Shown here piece by piece: positions 50,044 through 62,332 of a DNA stretch of 64,000 nucleotides. A model generated the notes under the pieces. The model ran no database searches. It was given only the letters and a program-made list of their open reading frames with translations, and was not told the origin of the DNA. The number at the start of each line of letters is the position of its first letter. Within the stretch, counting starts at the first letter, position 1. The translations under genes were made by a program, and so were the position numbers. Origin of the DNA: Laetmonice hystrix (Eukaryota); NCBI GenBank assembly GCA_965235115.1, contig OZ249436.1, forward strand, positions 3,722,001-3,786,000, in the 5' to 3' direction.

Positions 50044-50931
50044 AAGATTGCTAAATAGGCGATAGCAAATACCTTAGAGTGATATAATTTGACTCCTGTC
50101 TTTCATGACTCTTTTCAGCTCCCTTTTAGTTTCCCCAATGAACCATCCTTTGTAATCCATGTGGAAACAGAACGAAGTCGTCCGAGAATGATTAAAAAAG
50201 AATTTCATATCGTGCCTCTATAACAGTACATTAAATGGCGTGCCAGTTATATTGCAAGATCCCTGTACTCCGATATAGGCCTAATTAAATACTTTGAAAA
50301 GAAGATAGTAAAAAGTAACCAACTTCGTATCAATTTCTATATTCATGCCTCCCTCTATGTGCCCCCTTTTCTATTCTTGCACAGTTTCTAGTGCTTTGCC
50401 ACGCATTGTTGCCTGGCTTTTCTCTTTGCAGGCGGCCTATAGACACGAACACATTAATAATGTTCACAAATTCAACAGTATCCATACGATATTGAAAGTA
50501 TATCATTATAATCCTAATGAAAAACCAGGTTAAGACAATGAATGAAATATAACACTTTCGTGGGAAGACAGAGCTGAGCTTTTAGGCGGGTGTAATGCGC
50601 CGAGTTGATCGAGCACGGCATGGTCAGGTACTTTGGCGCCCTCTATCGGAAGGGGCGTAAACTAAAACGATGGTCGCAGAATTTGGCTCACTATGAACAC
50701 GGTGGCGACCTCTTACGGAGGGAGTTACTAAGTAGAATGGAGTCACAAGTCGTAGGGCTGAACGAATTAACGCCATGAGATAAAAAGACATCCGATTGGG
50801 CGAGAACTACCGGCTTCTAATGACTTCACGCCAAATTCGAAAATAGGCGGCCACGCTGTCAGGACTACAGCGTCTAACACATTTGTCAGGTGTCAACTGA
50901 GCGACTAGCTCAGAGTGAGCACCCTTTATCG

Positions 50932-51540
50932 TAGCCAAAGAATTCGGCTCTGTGCTCTGTACAGAGCCGAAGATCGCTGTTCAGAATTTCCGAGCGTACC
51001 CGGACAAATCTTCTGTCTGCCATGAAAAGCCCTCCCTTGTCTCTATATGTTGATGAAATAGTGATAAATAAACTCAAAATAACATATCTCTCATATCTGC
51101 AAGCTGGAAAAGCACGATGGGACAAAATAAAGACAGTCACATCTCTCGAACCGAGAAATTTCAATGCTCGTTGAGTGCCGCCATTACCGTCGGAGACACC
51201 CTCCAACGCAGAGCTACTTCCGCTTCGCTTTCGCTTCACACAGTAGTAAGCGAGTCTCTGCGTAGGAGAGTGCGTCGGAGAGATGCATGCTGGGATCAAA
51301 GGCAACATGGCGGCCGGTAAAACGCCGTTATAAACGGGTGATCTGGACATGAATTTGACGTTGTACTATTAAAAACACTGCTTCAGGACCCCACACACCT
51401 ACTGTCGAGATAAATGGATGCCGGTGAGTTGATCAGTGCAAGCGGTGGTGGTCTGGCCTGGGTGTGGTCTGACCCGCCAGGAATTTAAGCCACTGCCTGT
51501 AAGCCTTGCTGGCTCGGCGCATGGCTTACTACGTAGGCTA
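50932..51540. mobile_element. Non-autonomous DNA transposon with 9-bp TSD (Academ-like TAG..CTA ends)
   Basis: TAGCC..GGCTA ends; TSD CCTTTATCG at 50923-50931 and 51541-51549; the empty site is visible in copies 4 and 5. Confidence 0.85.
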
Positions 51541-51694
51541 CCTTTATCGCACCTCACGACCGCCTCTTGCCATCAACACTCACCTCCACACTGATTCTTT
51601 CCCACCATATATTACGGGCACCAGCTTTTCTTGGAAACAATCATCGTTAAGCCTTCAGCTTGCAACAATTCCCTCAGAATATTTTACTACAGTC

Positions 51695-51980
51695 ATGGCT
51701 CCAGTTGATAAACTCATCTCTGAGATGCGCCAGATGGACCGCAAGTTCAAGGTGGCCTGTCAGCAAGTCAATCTCCTCAACAACCGTATCAAGGACATGA
51801 GGACCAAACACGACCGTGCCCTCCGCAACAACCGCCGCACCTTCCGCTAACACAACCGGCTCCGTCTGGTCACCCTGGAGGGAGGGAGGAACATGTTCTG
51901 GGAGTACGCCAACAGCCGTGCTGACCTCCTGGACGATATGCAGGACCGCCTCATGGAGGAGTTTCAGGTCGACTGGGAGG
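51695..51980 (+). pseudogene. Family copy 6, pseudogene
   Basis: TAC>TAA nonsense at 51848-51850; V>G in the invariant LEGVRN; deletion of the C-terminus, stop and 3' hairpin; transposon insertion in the promoter. Confidence 0.85.
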
Positions 51981-52929
51981 GACTGAACCATTCTTTGTAA
52001 TCCATGTGGAAACAGAACGAAGTCGGCCGAGAATGATTAAAGGAGAATTTCGTACCGTGAGTCTATAACAGACCTACATTACATGGAAATATATCAATTA
52101 TATTGCAAGTTCCCTGTGTTATATTGCAAGTTCCCTGTGTTATATTGCAAGTTCCCAGTTATATTGCAAGTTCCCTGTGTTCCGATATAATAGCAACTGT
52201 TCCGCAGGTAGCCTCGCCGTGCCGATTTTACCTCTGGAGGTTATTTTCATTCACATGGAATTTACTAAGTACCCCTTTGACAATTATGAAATAGTAGGCC
52301 TATAGTCTTTAAACTCGTTATTGACATCATGAACAACTGACACGGACATCAAAAAGCACCCTGCCAGGTCAGTGTCACACAGGGCCAATGGGTGTGAATG
52401 TCATCCAAACCAGGCTTTCGACTCAGGCTTAAAGTTTGTCATGTCACCAACTGACCAAAAGTTTGTCATGTCACTTCAACCCCATGCACAGCCAAGAATC
52501 AAAGTATTCTTTTATTCAGTTCTCCCCCTATATGTAAGAATTAAAACCATAATGCATTACACACAGGTACAGTTCAAAACCACAGGTTTTCAGTTGTTAG
52601 ATCTGAATGCACATATTCAGTCAAGTCCATCAATAAAAGTTTATTTGACTGACTTGAGATAATCACGTAGGAACCAAGTTCTGGGACTAGAGTGTCTCAG
52701 GACACTTTTTATTATCATTTGTATCGAGCTGAGAGTAACTAAAAATTCAGAGTACTAAAAAAGGGGAACTGATCCTTGGTCCAAGTCCTATACCGTTCGA
52801 AGATCTGGCGTCTGGAGAACACACGATAACCCATTGAGAGACAACCCAGCCTGCACGCACCACTTAATAAGCGCTGCTGGACGGTGCATTTTCGCTGCCA
52901 GCGCAGCCAGCTGTCAGGAGCTGGTCAGG

Positions 52930-53996
52930 AAACGCTGCTGACCACTGCCTGAGCGACGGATTGAGTGCAGCGCTGGCAGCACACAGTAGCCCCTTAGACA
53001 ACGTTGCCTAACCACTGCTCATGCAGCGTTGCATGAGGCACTGCTCATGCAACGTTGCTGAAGCCCTGCTGACCACCGCCTGAGCGACGCATTGAGTGCA
53101 GCGCTAGCAGCACACAGTAGCCACTCATACAACGTTGCCTAACCACTGCTCATGCAGCGTTGCATGAGGCACTACTCATGCAACGTTGCTGAAGCCCTGC
53201 TGACCACTGCCCGGGCGACGCATTGAGTGCAGCGCTAGCAGCACACAGTAGCCACTCAGACAACGTTGTCTAACCACTGCTCATGCAGCGTTGCATGAGG
53301 CACTACTGATGCAACGTTGCTGAAGCCCTGCTGACCACTGCCTGACCGACGCATTGAGTGCAGCGCTAGCAGCACACAGTAGCCACTCAGACAACGTTGC
53401 CTAACCACTGCTCATGCAGCGTTGCATGAGGCACTACTGATGCAACGTTGCTGAAGCCCTGCTGACCACTGCCTGACCGACGCATTGAGTGCAGCGCTAG
53501 CAGCACACAGTAGCCACTCAGACAACGTTGCCTAACCACTGCTCATGCAGCGTTGCATGGGGCACTACTCATGCAACGTTGCTGAAGCCCTGCTGACCAC
53601 TGCCTGACCAACGCATTCAGAGCAGCGCTAGCAGCACACAGTAGCCACTCAGACAACGTTGCCTAACCACTGCTCATGCAGCGTTGCATGAGGCACTTCT
53701 CATGCAACGTTGCTGAGGCCCTGCTGACCACTGCCGGACCGACGCATTGAGAGCAGCGCTAGCAGCACACAGTAGCCACTCAGACAACGTTGCCTAACCA
53801 CTGCTCATGCAACGTTGCATGAGCCACTTCTCATGCAACGTTACAGAACCGCTGCTCAGACAACGTCGCCCAACTGCTGATCAGGCAACGTTGTTGAAGC
53901 ACTGCTCAGGCAACGTTGCTGAACCGCTGCTCAGCCAACGTTGCTGAACCGCTGCTCAGGCTACGCTGCTGAAGCAGTGATCCTGCAACGTTGCTG
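52930..53996. repeat. 131-bp tandem repeat (~7 units) rich in CAACGTTG palindromes
   Basis: Left subterminal array of the CACTA-like element; decays into short GCAACGTTGCTGA units. Confidence 0.9.
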
Positions 53997-54019
53997 TGAG
54001 TGTGGTCTAACAGTGAACT

Positions 54020-54540
54020 CACTGTCATATCATGGGTAGACCTCAGAAATAATGAGGTCACAGCGATGTCACGAGAACCTCATGTGTGACACCTTAACTG
54101 TCTGTGACCTCACTGTGATATCACGGCAATGACCTGACAAATGATGAGGTCACAGTAATGTCACAAGAACGTCACGTATGTGACACCTTGTCTGTGAGCT
54201 ATTCGTTACCTCACTGTGAAATCACGTACAGTATTGACCTCACAAAGGATGAGGTGACAGTGATTTCAAAGAACTTCACGTCTGTGACATCTTGTCTGTG
54301 AACTAATACAAGGTGACCTCACCGTGATATCACGGTAATGACCTCACAAATGATGAGATCACAAGAGCCTCACGTATGTTTGTGGGCTAATAGTGGCCTC
54401 ACTGTGATATCAAAGTAACGACCTCACAAATGATGAGGTCACAATTATTTCACTAGAACCTCACATACGCGACATCCATGATCCACTGTCTGCTATAGAT
54501 CTAACAGTGAGATAACTGCATCAAGGTAATGATATCACAA
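54020..54540. repeat. Degenerate GACCTCAC/GAGGTCAC repeat
   Basis: Recurring gacctcacaaatgatgaggtcacag and cctcactgtgatatcac motifs. Confidence 0.7.
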
Positions 54541-57500
54541 CCAAGTTCCTCTGGAATGCTGAAATACTGCTAATCCTTTTTTTAATAGAATCCCAGGCCA
54601 ATGTGAATTTCTTGCTGTTCGGCCCCGTTTTCCTATTTTAAGATCACGTTTTTCACCAAAAAGATTAAAAAAGTTGGAATGGATGGGGTTGAACATTTTG
54701 CTCAATCAGGAAGCGATCGAATGTATAGGGCACTGTTGCTCTATTGGCCGAGAAACCATGCACTGCCCAGAATCTTGAACCTTTTCCGACGACAGCTTTA
54801 CGTGCTTACATTCCCACTGTCCTAAACTGGAGCCAGTGGGATTGTTGGATGCGGACCGGTGCACATCTGGCCGCATCCTGCCACTGACCAGGCCATTTGG
54901 TGCTTGTAAAACGATGGTTCCCGCTAAAACCGTACAGGACCCTGCATATATCTCACCAATTGATGCCATCCACACCGAAGGAAGGGAGGTCAGGGGGTCG
55001 CGGCTTGGGGTAATTCCCCCAAGGTAACATCTCTACGAAATTTGGTGGTTTAAAAACTATAAATCTATCACTAATTTCTTTGCCCAAAATTAATTCTTAC
55101 CATGCACAAACCGCGGTCCCCAGACTTCTCCAACTCCTACATACTTGGCTACATGTATGATTGACCCTGACATACCTCACATTTTGCGGGTATGTTACCA
55201 TGGAGAATAACCCAGCTGCATTTGTGAGGATATATATATATTTGTCGTCCAGTTCAGGTTACAAGTGGAGGTATTTAGGAGACAACCAACGGCCGCTTTC
55301 AAATAGCTGAGCTCAAACTTATTGGAATTATAATGTATAGCAGCAGTATATTATATGTATACCGCACGTACACACATGCACACACAACCTATACTAGGCT
55401 ATAAAGTACAAATGCAATATGCCTACATGTATATTACACAAAGATAGCCATAGGCCTATATATAGTAAGCCTACATAAAATAATAAAACTACTACGGCCT
55501 ACGGTCAGATAAGTATACCCAAGATCAGAATCCAGTGGGCCTATAATATATCACGATCGACGTGTAAGATTATGTTCAAAGTAGAAATAGACTGACAGCC
55601 TAAAGTGCAGTTTGTCGGGGGCTAGAATTATATCTATGTAATTATGTAGGCATTATGTAATTGATATCCACTCTTGCATGGAATCCGGTTAGATATTATG
55701 CTTTTGCAAAGGCGGATCGGGGGGGGGGGGGACACAGGGGGCATGTTCCCCCATTTAGCTTCACCAATTATAGGCATACACCGCGGCTAATAGCCTACTC
55801 AGTTTTAATTAATTTTAACACTGACGGTGTATCTCAGGGAAACCCCGAGCTATAGGCATATGTATACATGTACCTCTAAAACTCTCATTCAAGAGCATGA
55901 GCTTTAATTAGTAGTGCAAACAATTATGAATTGCTTTTCTGTGCCCCCTCCCCTTAGTGGAATCCTGCATCCGCCAGTGTTTTGGTCAAGGTAGAGTTAA
56001 GGTTATATTTATAGCCGAACCTATAACTTGTGGGCTGACTGTTACCCAAACACTAGTATAAATAAAGGAATTGCGAAAATTGAATGTTAAATTCGTTTAC
56101 GGCTAATTAACAGGCCCGAGTTCACCGTTTTCTCAAATTTTTAGGTCTCATGCGTAATCAGATGTATAATGGTGGGAGCAGACTTAAAATAAACATAAAT
56201 TTTATATTGCCGACTTCATAATCGCCGAATGTTTGACGATCATGATCGTATGGCCTCCCTTGTATTCTGAAGTCGTGTCGTAATGAAAAGAAAAATAGCC
56301 GCATGTCGCAGATACGATACTCACAGCCTGGAAGAGTTGCAGACAAATTCTGAATCTCTGTCCCTTGTACGCATTTAACTGCAGCACACAACGTTGAATT
56401 CACCAGTTTTACACATGTTGACACAAGTGCAACATGTCTGTGCGGTTTGCTGGGTGACGGTCATAATGATTATAATAGGCTATTGCTCAAATCAATGGAA
56501 AAATTGTGGAAAGTACTGGCAACCCAACCCGAGCATATGACACGTCAGAAATGCGTATACAAGGGGCAGGGAAATTGTCGGCAGCGATTCTTTATCAGTT
56601 CTGGCACCAAATTAACCTTGTCATGACGATCCCAACCGCAGCTGGCCTTATAGGGCTCGAGCTCTACAGAATATTAGACACTCTAAATCTGGTGAAATAT
56701 TGTCGGACTGTGATTAAATATTTCAAAACCCCAAGCTTCAGTGAAATTAAGATAGGAGTAGATCTAGATCTAGTCCCCTCGATGTTAATATCTGGTGTCA
56801 TGTTCAGGTTGATATCTCAAATAATTTGTACATGAACTTGATTTGTCTGCACTCTATAAATATACATCTATACATCTGCACTGAGTGCGGATTGACCAGT
56901 TGACATGTTGGTGGGGAATTAGGGTGGAGCTGATGAAGGGGGAGGGGGATCTCCTGTGGTAACACCCGATCAGAGTGTATCAGCTGCTGGGTCAAGAGGT
57001 CATAAAATACATCACCACAGTGGGGTACAAAAGATGACAGAAAGCCTCAGCTTGAGGATTACTGGGACCCTTGTATCCATATACATAACTGTAATATTTG
57101 TACAGTGACCATGCCAATCTTTCGACAGGCATGATTTTAGCATATCTTAAAATAATATATAATACGATGGAGAAGATCTCTGATATAATGACACAGGACC
57201 ATCAAGAAGTGTTGCTGAGTGGGTCAGTCACAAGTGAGCCGGAGAGAGGGTGCAATTAAGACTTGTGCATGGTCAGTGCTGGGCTATACTATAGGTCAGT
57301 CGGTTATCTCCCCCAGCCTCCCGAACTCCATCCCTCCGTTCCGATTCGTCCTGGTCAATTAGCCGTGCCTGTTTCAACCGTTTGCGCGGGAACGCGCGTC
57401 TGCACCAAACGGTCAGAAGGAGAGGCCAGTCGATAGTTGACCCTAGGCCTACATGGTTGGTTGGGAGCTATTCTAATAGAATCCAACATATTGATACGGT

Positions 57501-58802
57501 AAGTAAATACGGTATTTCTGAATCTGAATGTGCAAATTAAGGTCTTCAACCGCAGCTTAAGTTAGGCCATTATAGTGCATTATTCTGAAATTGAACCCCT
57601 TTTAAGGGTAGGTAATCTTGTTTATATACTGTGAAATTAAATTTACACATGCTTTTGCGGATAAATATTTTCAGAATTCTTTGTGGAATAACTCTATACT
57701 TTCAGATGCTGAATCACTGGTGCTGCATGATCGATGTAGGGCTACGTAAACACTTCATAGGTTGGCAGAACATATAGTCATGCAGACGATGATTGGTGTA
57801 CGTATTTTCTAATTATCTGACTCAAAAATCTCAATACTTCATAGTTGAATAGGCCTAACATTTACTTGCTTGGTGGTCAGAATTCAAACTTTGAGTCCAA
57901 TCGCGTTCAAGTAATTCACTGTCGTATAAGCTAGGTTAAGTACACAAATATTTTGGTCAAATGTCTTCTCTTTCCCAAAGTATATTTTATTGTACACACC
58001 TAACAGAAACCCCCCTACTTTGTCGGGTAGCGTGATATTGGAGAGGTGGTTCGCCGGATTCTTCATGCGACCATGACTGACGAGGTGTAGTTGAACTACA
58101 ATGGGACGGGCATACGGCCTATCAGGGTAGGTTGACACTGAGGATTTTCCCCGAGTTAATCCCGGGTCAGTGGTGGTGAGCTGGTATATATGTTCCCATA
58201 CAGCTCATCGCCACTGAGTCGGGTTTTATCCTGGGGAAATCATCAGTGCAATTAATGTAATCTTCTGCATAATTTACCTGGCAAAGCATCTTTTAAATAT
58301 CAGACATACAGCAACTATCACTGAGTGGGATGATACTATGGGTCCTTTGCCGGGTATATGATGCCGGATAATGTACAATACAATGTACATGTAAATCATT
58401 GCGTGATTATCGTGAACAAATTATCAAATGCAGATTCAAAACAACATGTACAGCAGCATAATTATATGTTATTTTTATTTTTAGCCACGCTACGTACATT
58501 CCACACGGATGCGGATGAGATCAAAAGCAAGCGGGGAAAAGCTGAAGTGAAAACAACTTTGAAGGCAGAAACCAGCAGACAGCTCGAAAATTTACCGTGC
58601 AATATGCTCTCACAAGACCAAATAAAAGAAAGAATTAATAACCAAATAAAGATATGGGTTAACCCATCATTTTTAGGATTTATTTTCAGATTTCCAACGG
58701 TTCCAGGCTGAAGTCGCAGTGGCGAGATCATGTGGTCATGCAGTGTCAGAGTGATCTGACCGTATCATATGCCAGTGATCCCACCATGTGATCTCACCAC
58801 AT

Positions 58803-59225
58803 GCAGTGTTGAATAAGCGCTGCACATGCAGGCAGTGTTGATTAAGCGCTGCACGGGCAGTGTTTATGAAGCTTTGCTCAGGCACTGTTGATTAAGCGCT
58901 GCACAGGCAGCGTTTATAAAGCTATGCTCGGGCAGTGTTGAATAAGGGCTACACCGCCAGTGTTGAATAAGCGCCTCACAGGCAGTGTTTATGAAGCTCT
59001 GCTCAGGCAGTGTTGAATAAGCGTTGCACAGGCAGCGTTTATAAAGCTATGCTCGGGCAGTGTTGAATAAGGGCTACTCCGCCAGTGTTGAATAAGCGCC
59101 TCACAGGCAGTGCTTATGAAGCGCTACTCAGGCAGTGCTTATGAAGCGCTGCTTCATCAGTGCATATGAAGCGCTGCTTCACCAGTGCTTATGAAGCTCT
59201 GCTCAGGCAGCGCTTATGAAACGCC
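58803..59225. repeat. ~24-bp degenerate tandem repeat
   Basis: ggcagtgttgaataagcgctgcaca variants; right subterminal array of the CACTA-like element. Confidence 0.85.
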
Positions 59226-59494
59226 GCATCTGCAACGTTTCCTACACCTTTTTTTTAGCACTTCCCTAGCTGCTTCGGAAGCGCGGCAGTGAAGCGCTTC
59301 CAAAACGCTTCAGAAGCTCTTCTGTGCACGCTGGGAACTGATTTGGAACCTTGCCGCAGATTGAGCCCACTGACGGGGTACGGGTTGTATTGCTAGATCC
59401 CTTTAGAAGAGTTATGTCACACTTTTCGCCGAGTTACACCCTCACCTCTCCAAGTGGACACATACCAACCGAGCCGAACTCTTCGTACTGTCAG

Positions 59495-59830
59495 AGGACC
59501 GGGGTGGCGCAGTGGTTAGAGCACGGGACCTTTGATCCAAAGGTTCTGGGTTCGATCCGCGGCCGCGCCGGACTTTCCTGCATAAGCAGTGCTGCCGACT
59601 GCTTTATCAAAGGCCGGCCGTGTCACGATACGTCTATGTGGAGGGGCACGTTAAAGATCCCTTGGCACCTATCGATAAGAGTAGGGGTTCGCCCCGATGC
59701 CAGGTTTCCTCCTATCATCTCATTTATCACCCAATGGATTTCACCGACTGAGTTAGTTACCTTGTTCTCGCCCTGAAATAGCTGAAATACTGCTGACTGG
59801 GCGTTAAACACCAACTACTCACTCACTCAC
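59495..59830 (+). mobile_element. Full-length tRNA-derived SINE
   Basis: A-box TGGCGCAGTGG 59505-59515, B-box GGTTCGATCC 59549-59558, central GCACGTTAAAGATCCC (resembles the Meta/MESC core, from memory), (ACTC)n tail, 12-bp TSD TCGTACTGTCAG (59483-59494 and 59831-59842). Confidence 0.93.
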
Positions 59831-61804
59831 TCGTACTGTCAGGTTTTCAACAGCGTCTGTCTCCAGACTACGACCGAACGTGGAGACCGGCGTCTCGCTG
59901 TTCCCTACATTACTACAGTGGTACCAATTGGTTTATATATCCCCCTCCAGGTCGAGGACCACAGAAAGGGTGTGCACATACACTCAACGTTATGCTAGGA
60001 TACAAACAGTGTTCCGGCGAAATGAGAAGTATTCAAGTACTACAGGTCTTAGGTAAAGATTATAAGCAAATTTTGATAGACATTTTACGTCTGTAAAATT
60101 TGTTTTAGTGAACATAAACGGATACATTTGTGTATTTTGAAAACTACCCAGCAAAATTGCGACGTGAGCGCCCTCTCTGATCACGTGACCATGTCTTGAT
60201 ACCTATTTGATATGCAAATAAGAGCGCCAGTCGCAGGGACAGACTATTATTACACGCTCTATTGTTTGGGTCTGTTGTTTTGCGACTCACTGACGTGTGA
60301 AGAAATGTCAGTAGCCTTTGCCTACATGAAACATCGAGCAGGCCTATGTGGATCTGTACGTATATTTAGCCATCAGGTGTGACGCTTGCTTTTAGGAACG
60401 TCTGGGCGCAGTGAAATACCTGCAACCACCAGAGCTGCAACGCCATGCTAAAGGGTCGGGTACATACCCAAAAGAAATTGAAAGAAAAGTTCATTTTCCT
60501 ACATTCTGTGAACACCAATGTACAATTTCCTGGTGTCGAGCTATCACATGTGGCCGTAGCCTGCGGGCAGTAGCCTGGGGGGGGGGCAAGGGGAACAACT
60601 GCCCCCCTGGGATTTCATTTTTTTGTAACCCAGCTCGACCGGCGCAATGACGCGCTATCACGCGTTAGGCCTATCTGGTTAATGTTCATAGGACACTGCC
60701 CCCCCCCCCCCTGACATTTTTGGGCAGGCTCCGGCCCTGAAGTTATGTACGCAAATATTAAGAACAGATTTTTGTCTGTCAAAGATTTCACATCATAAGT
60801 AGGCCTACCAGCAGGAACAGCACCGTGCGGCAGCAACAAAAAGAAGAAAAAACTTTCATGTTTAACAAATTCAGATTATGAGCGATTCTTTGTTATGAGA
60901 TCTTTATTAAGATATTATACGGTGGTGATTCAATGACGACTACGACCATCGTTTCACAGATTCGATCTGCAACATCACGTTGTAGTCTTTCACAGTTCCC
61001 GATGGTTCATTGATTTCATCACCACCGCCTTTGGAATACTCCTAAAACAATGTCCATAAATTAAGATCGTTCACACTCCCAGTAGATAACTTACCTTAAT
61101 CAAAAGAAAGTGCGAAGGATCAAAATTTAAGGACACTTTTATACTGAGCCAAAAGACAGGTGAACTTTATATCGAAATTATACCTGGATCTGTGGCTCAT
61201 AATTTAGCAAGTAAAAGTATTAAAAATAAATGCCAACCAAAGTGCCAAATACCGAGTTTAACATCGAGTCTTAATTTGGAATAATAAAACAGGACAAAGA
61301 CAAAGACATGGACGAGACATGACAACTTAAACTTTAAGACCAATACCTACCATCAATACGAATTCCTAGGGTTTCATCAGTACGACGGGACCAGGACGGT
61401 GCAGACAACAGAATTCGCGAGAGACACGTTGCAAAAAATGCACGTCCGAAAATATCAAGGTGAATCTTCGGAATCGAAATGAAAAAAGACACGCGAGTGA
61501 ATGAAAAATATCGTGAAAATAGCGCGTCATAAAAATATCGCGAGAATGTCCTGGTTTACATTACATACAGACGGGGGTCTGTCAAAATGCAAACCTAAGA
61601 CTGAATCTTGTTCCTCGCTGAATTACCTGTATGTGGGTAAAAATTCACCTGTATGTGGGTAAAACTTAAAGCCTTAAATTATCTGTCACAATCTAATGTC
61701 ACGGTACAAGAAAATACCCTGACAAAGATTGCACAGGGAAACTCGTGAGAGATCTGCGACACACGTCCGCGTACGAAAAGTCAAAGTGAATTTGCCATAA
61801 TGGT

Positions 61805-61955
61805 TCAAAAAAGCAAGCTTGAAAAAACTACGCGAAAATAACAAGCTTGGAAAAAACCACGCGGAAAAAATCAACCTTGAAAAAACACGCGAAAAAAGCA
61901 AGCTTAAAAAAACCCGCGAAAAAAAGCATCCTTGAAAAAACACGCGAAAAAGAAC
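61805..61955. repeat. ~28-bp degenerate repeat
   Basis: gaaaaaacacgcgaaaaaagcaagctt variants x ~5. Confidence 0.7.
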
Positions 61956-62225
61956 AATTCATAAAAATATCGCGATGAAGTCGTACTTCACACGACTTAC
62001 ATGTCCAGGCGGGTTGTATAATGTCAACTTGATGTAAACTGAATTACCTGTAGGTGGAAACAAAAGTGAGGGATACACCATACTTGTGTGCTCTTTTGGT
62101 TCAAGAAACGCGTAGAAATCCCATTGCAAACCAAAGTTATGTGGGAATCAATCCTGAGAGCTCACTCCTGAAGTAAGGTGGCTGTTCGTTCGACATTCAT
62201 GTATAGGAAAGGTACGAGTGTAATC

Positions 62226-62332
62226 ATGTGGATAATTCAATGTATAATGTGTGATATATAATGTGTGGATAATTCAATGTATAATGTGTGATATATAATG
62301 TGTGGATAATTCAATGTATAATATATAATGTG
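62226..62332. repeat. 38-bp AT-rich tandem repeat
   Basis: atgtgtggataattcaatgtataatgtgtgatatata x ~3. Confidence 0.8.

Larger units (their letters stand above)
52845..59335. mobile_element. 6.5-kb non-autonomous CACTA/EnSpm-like element
   Basis: CCCAGCCTGCAC / GTGCACGCTGGG termini, 2-bp AA flanks, subterminal arrays at both ends; no transposase ORF seen. Confidence 0.65.

Noticed and set aside
38782..51991. Antisense and alternative-frame ORFs over the small genes (MREWFSSLV.., METHFVQ.., MPTSWTI..)
   Set aside because: Shadows of the conserved frame; several lack ATG starts, and TATA and hairpin orientation support the MAPV/MSSA frame.
59497..59570. tRNA gene
   Set aside because: It is the head of a SINE: continues into a shared body and tail, has a TSD, and lacks a proper acceptor stem.
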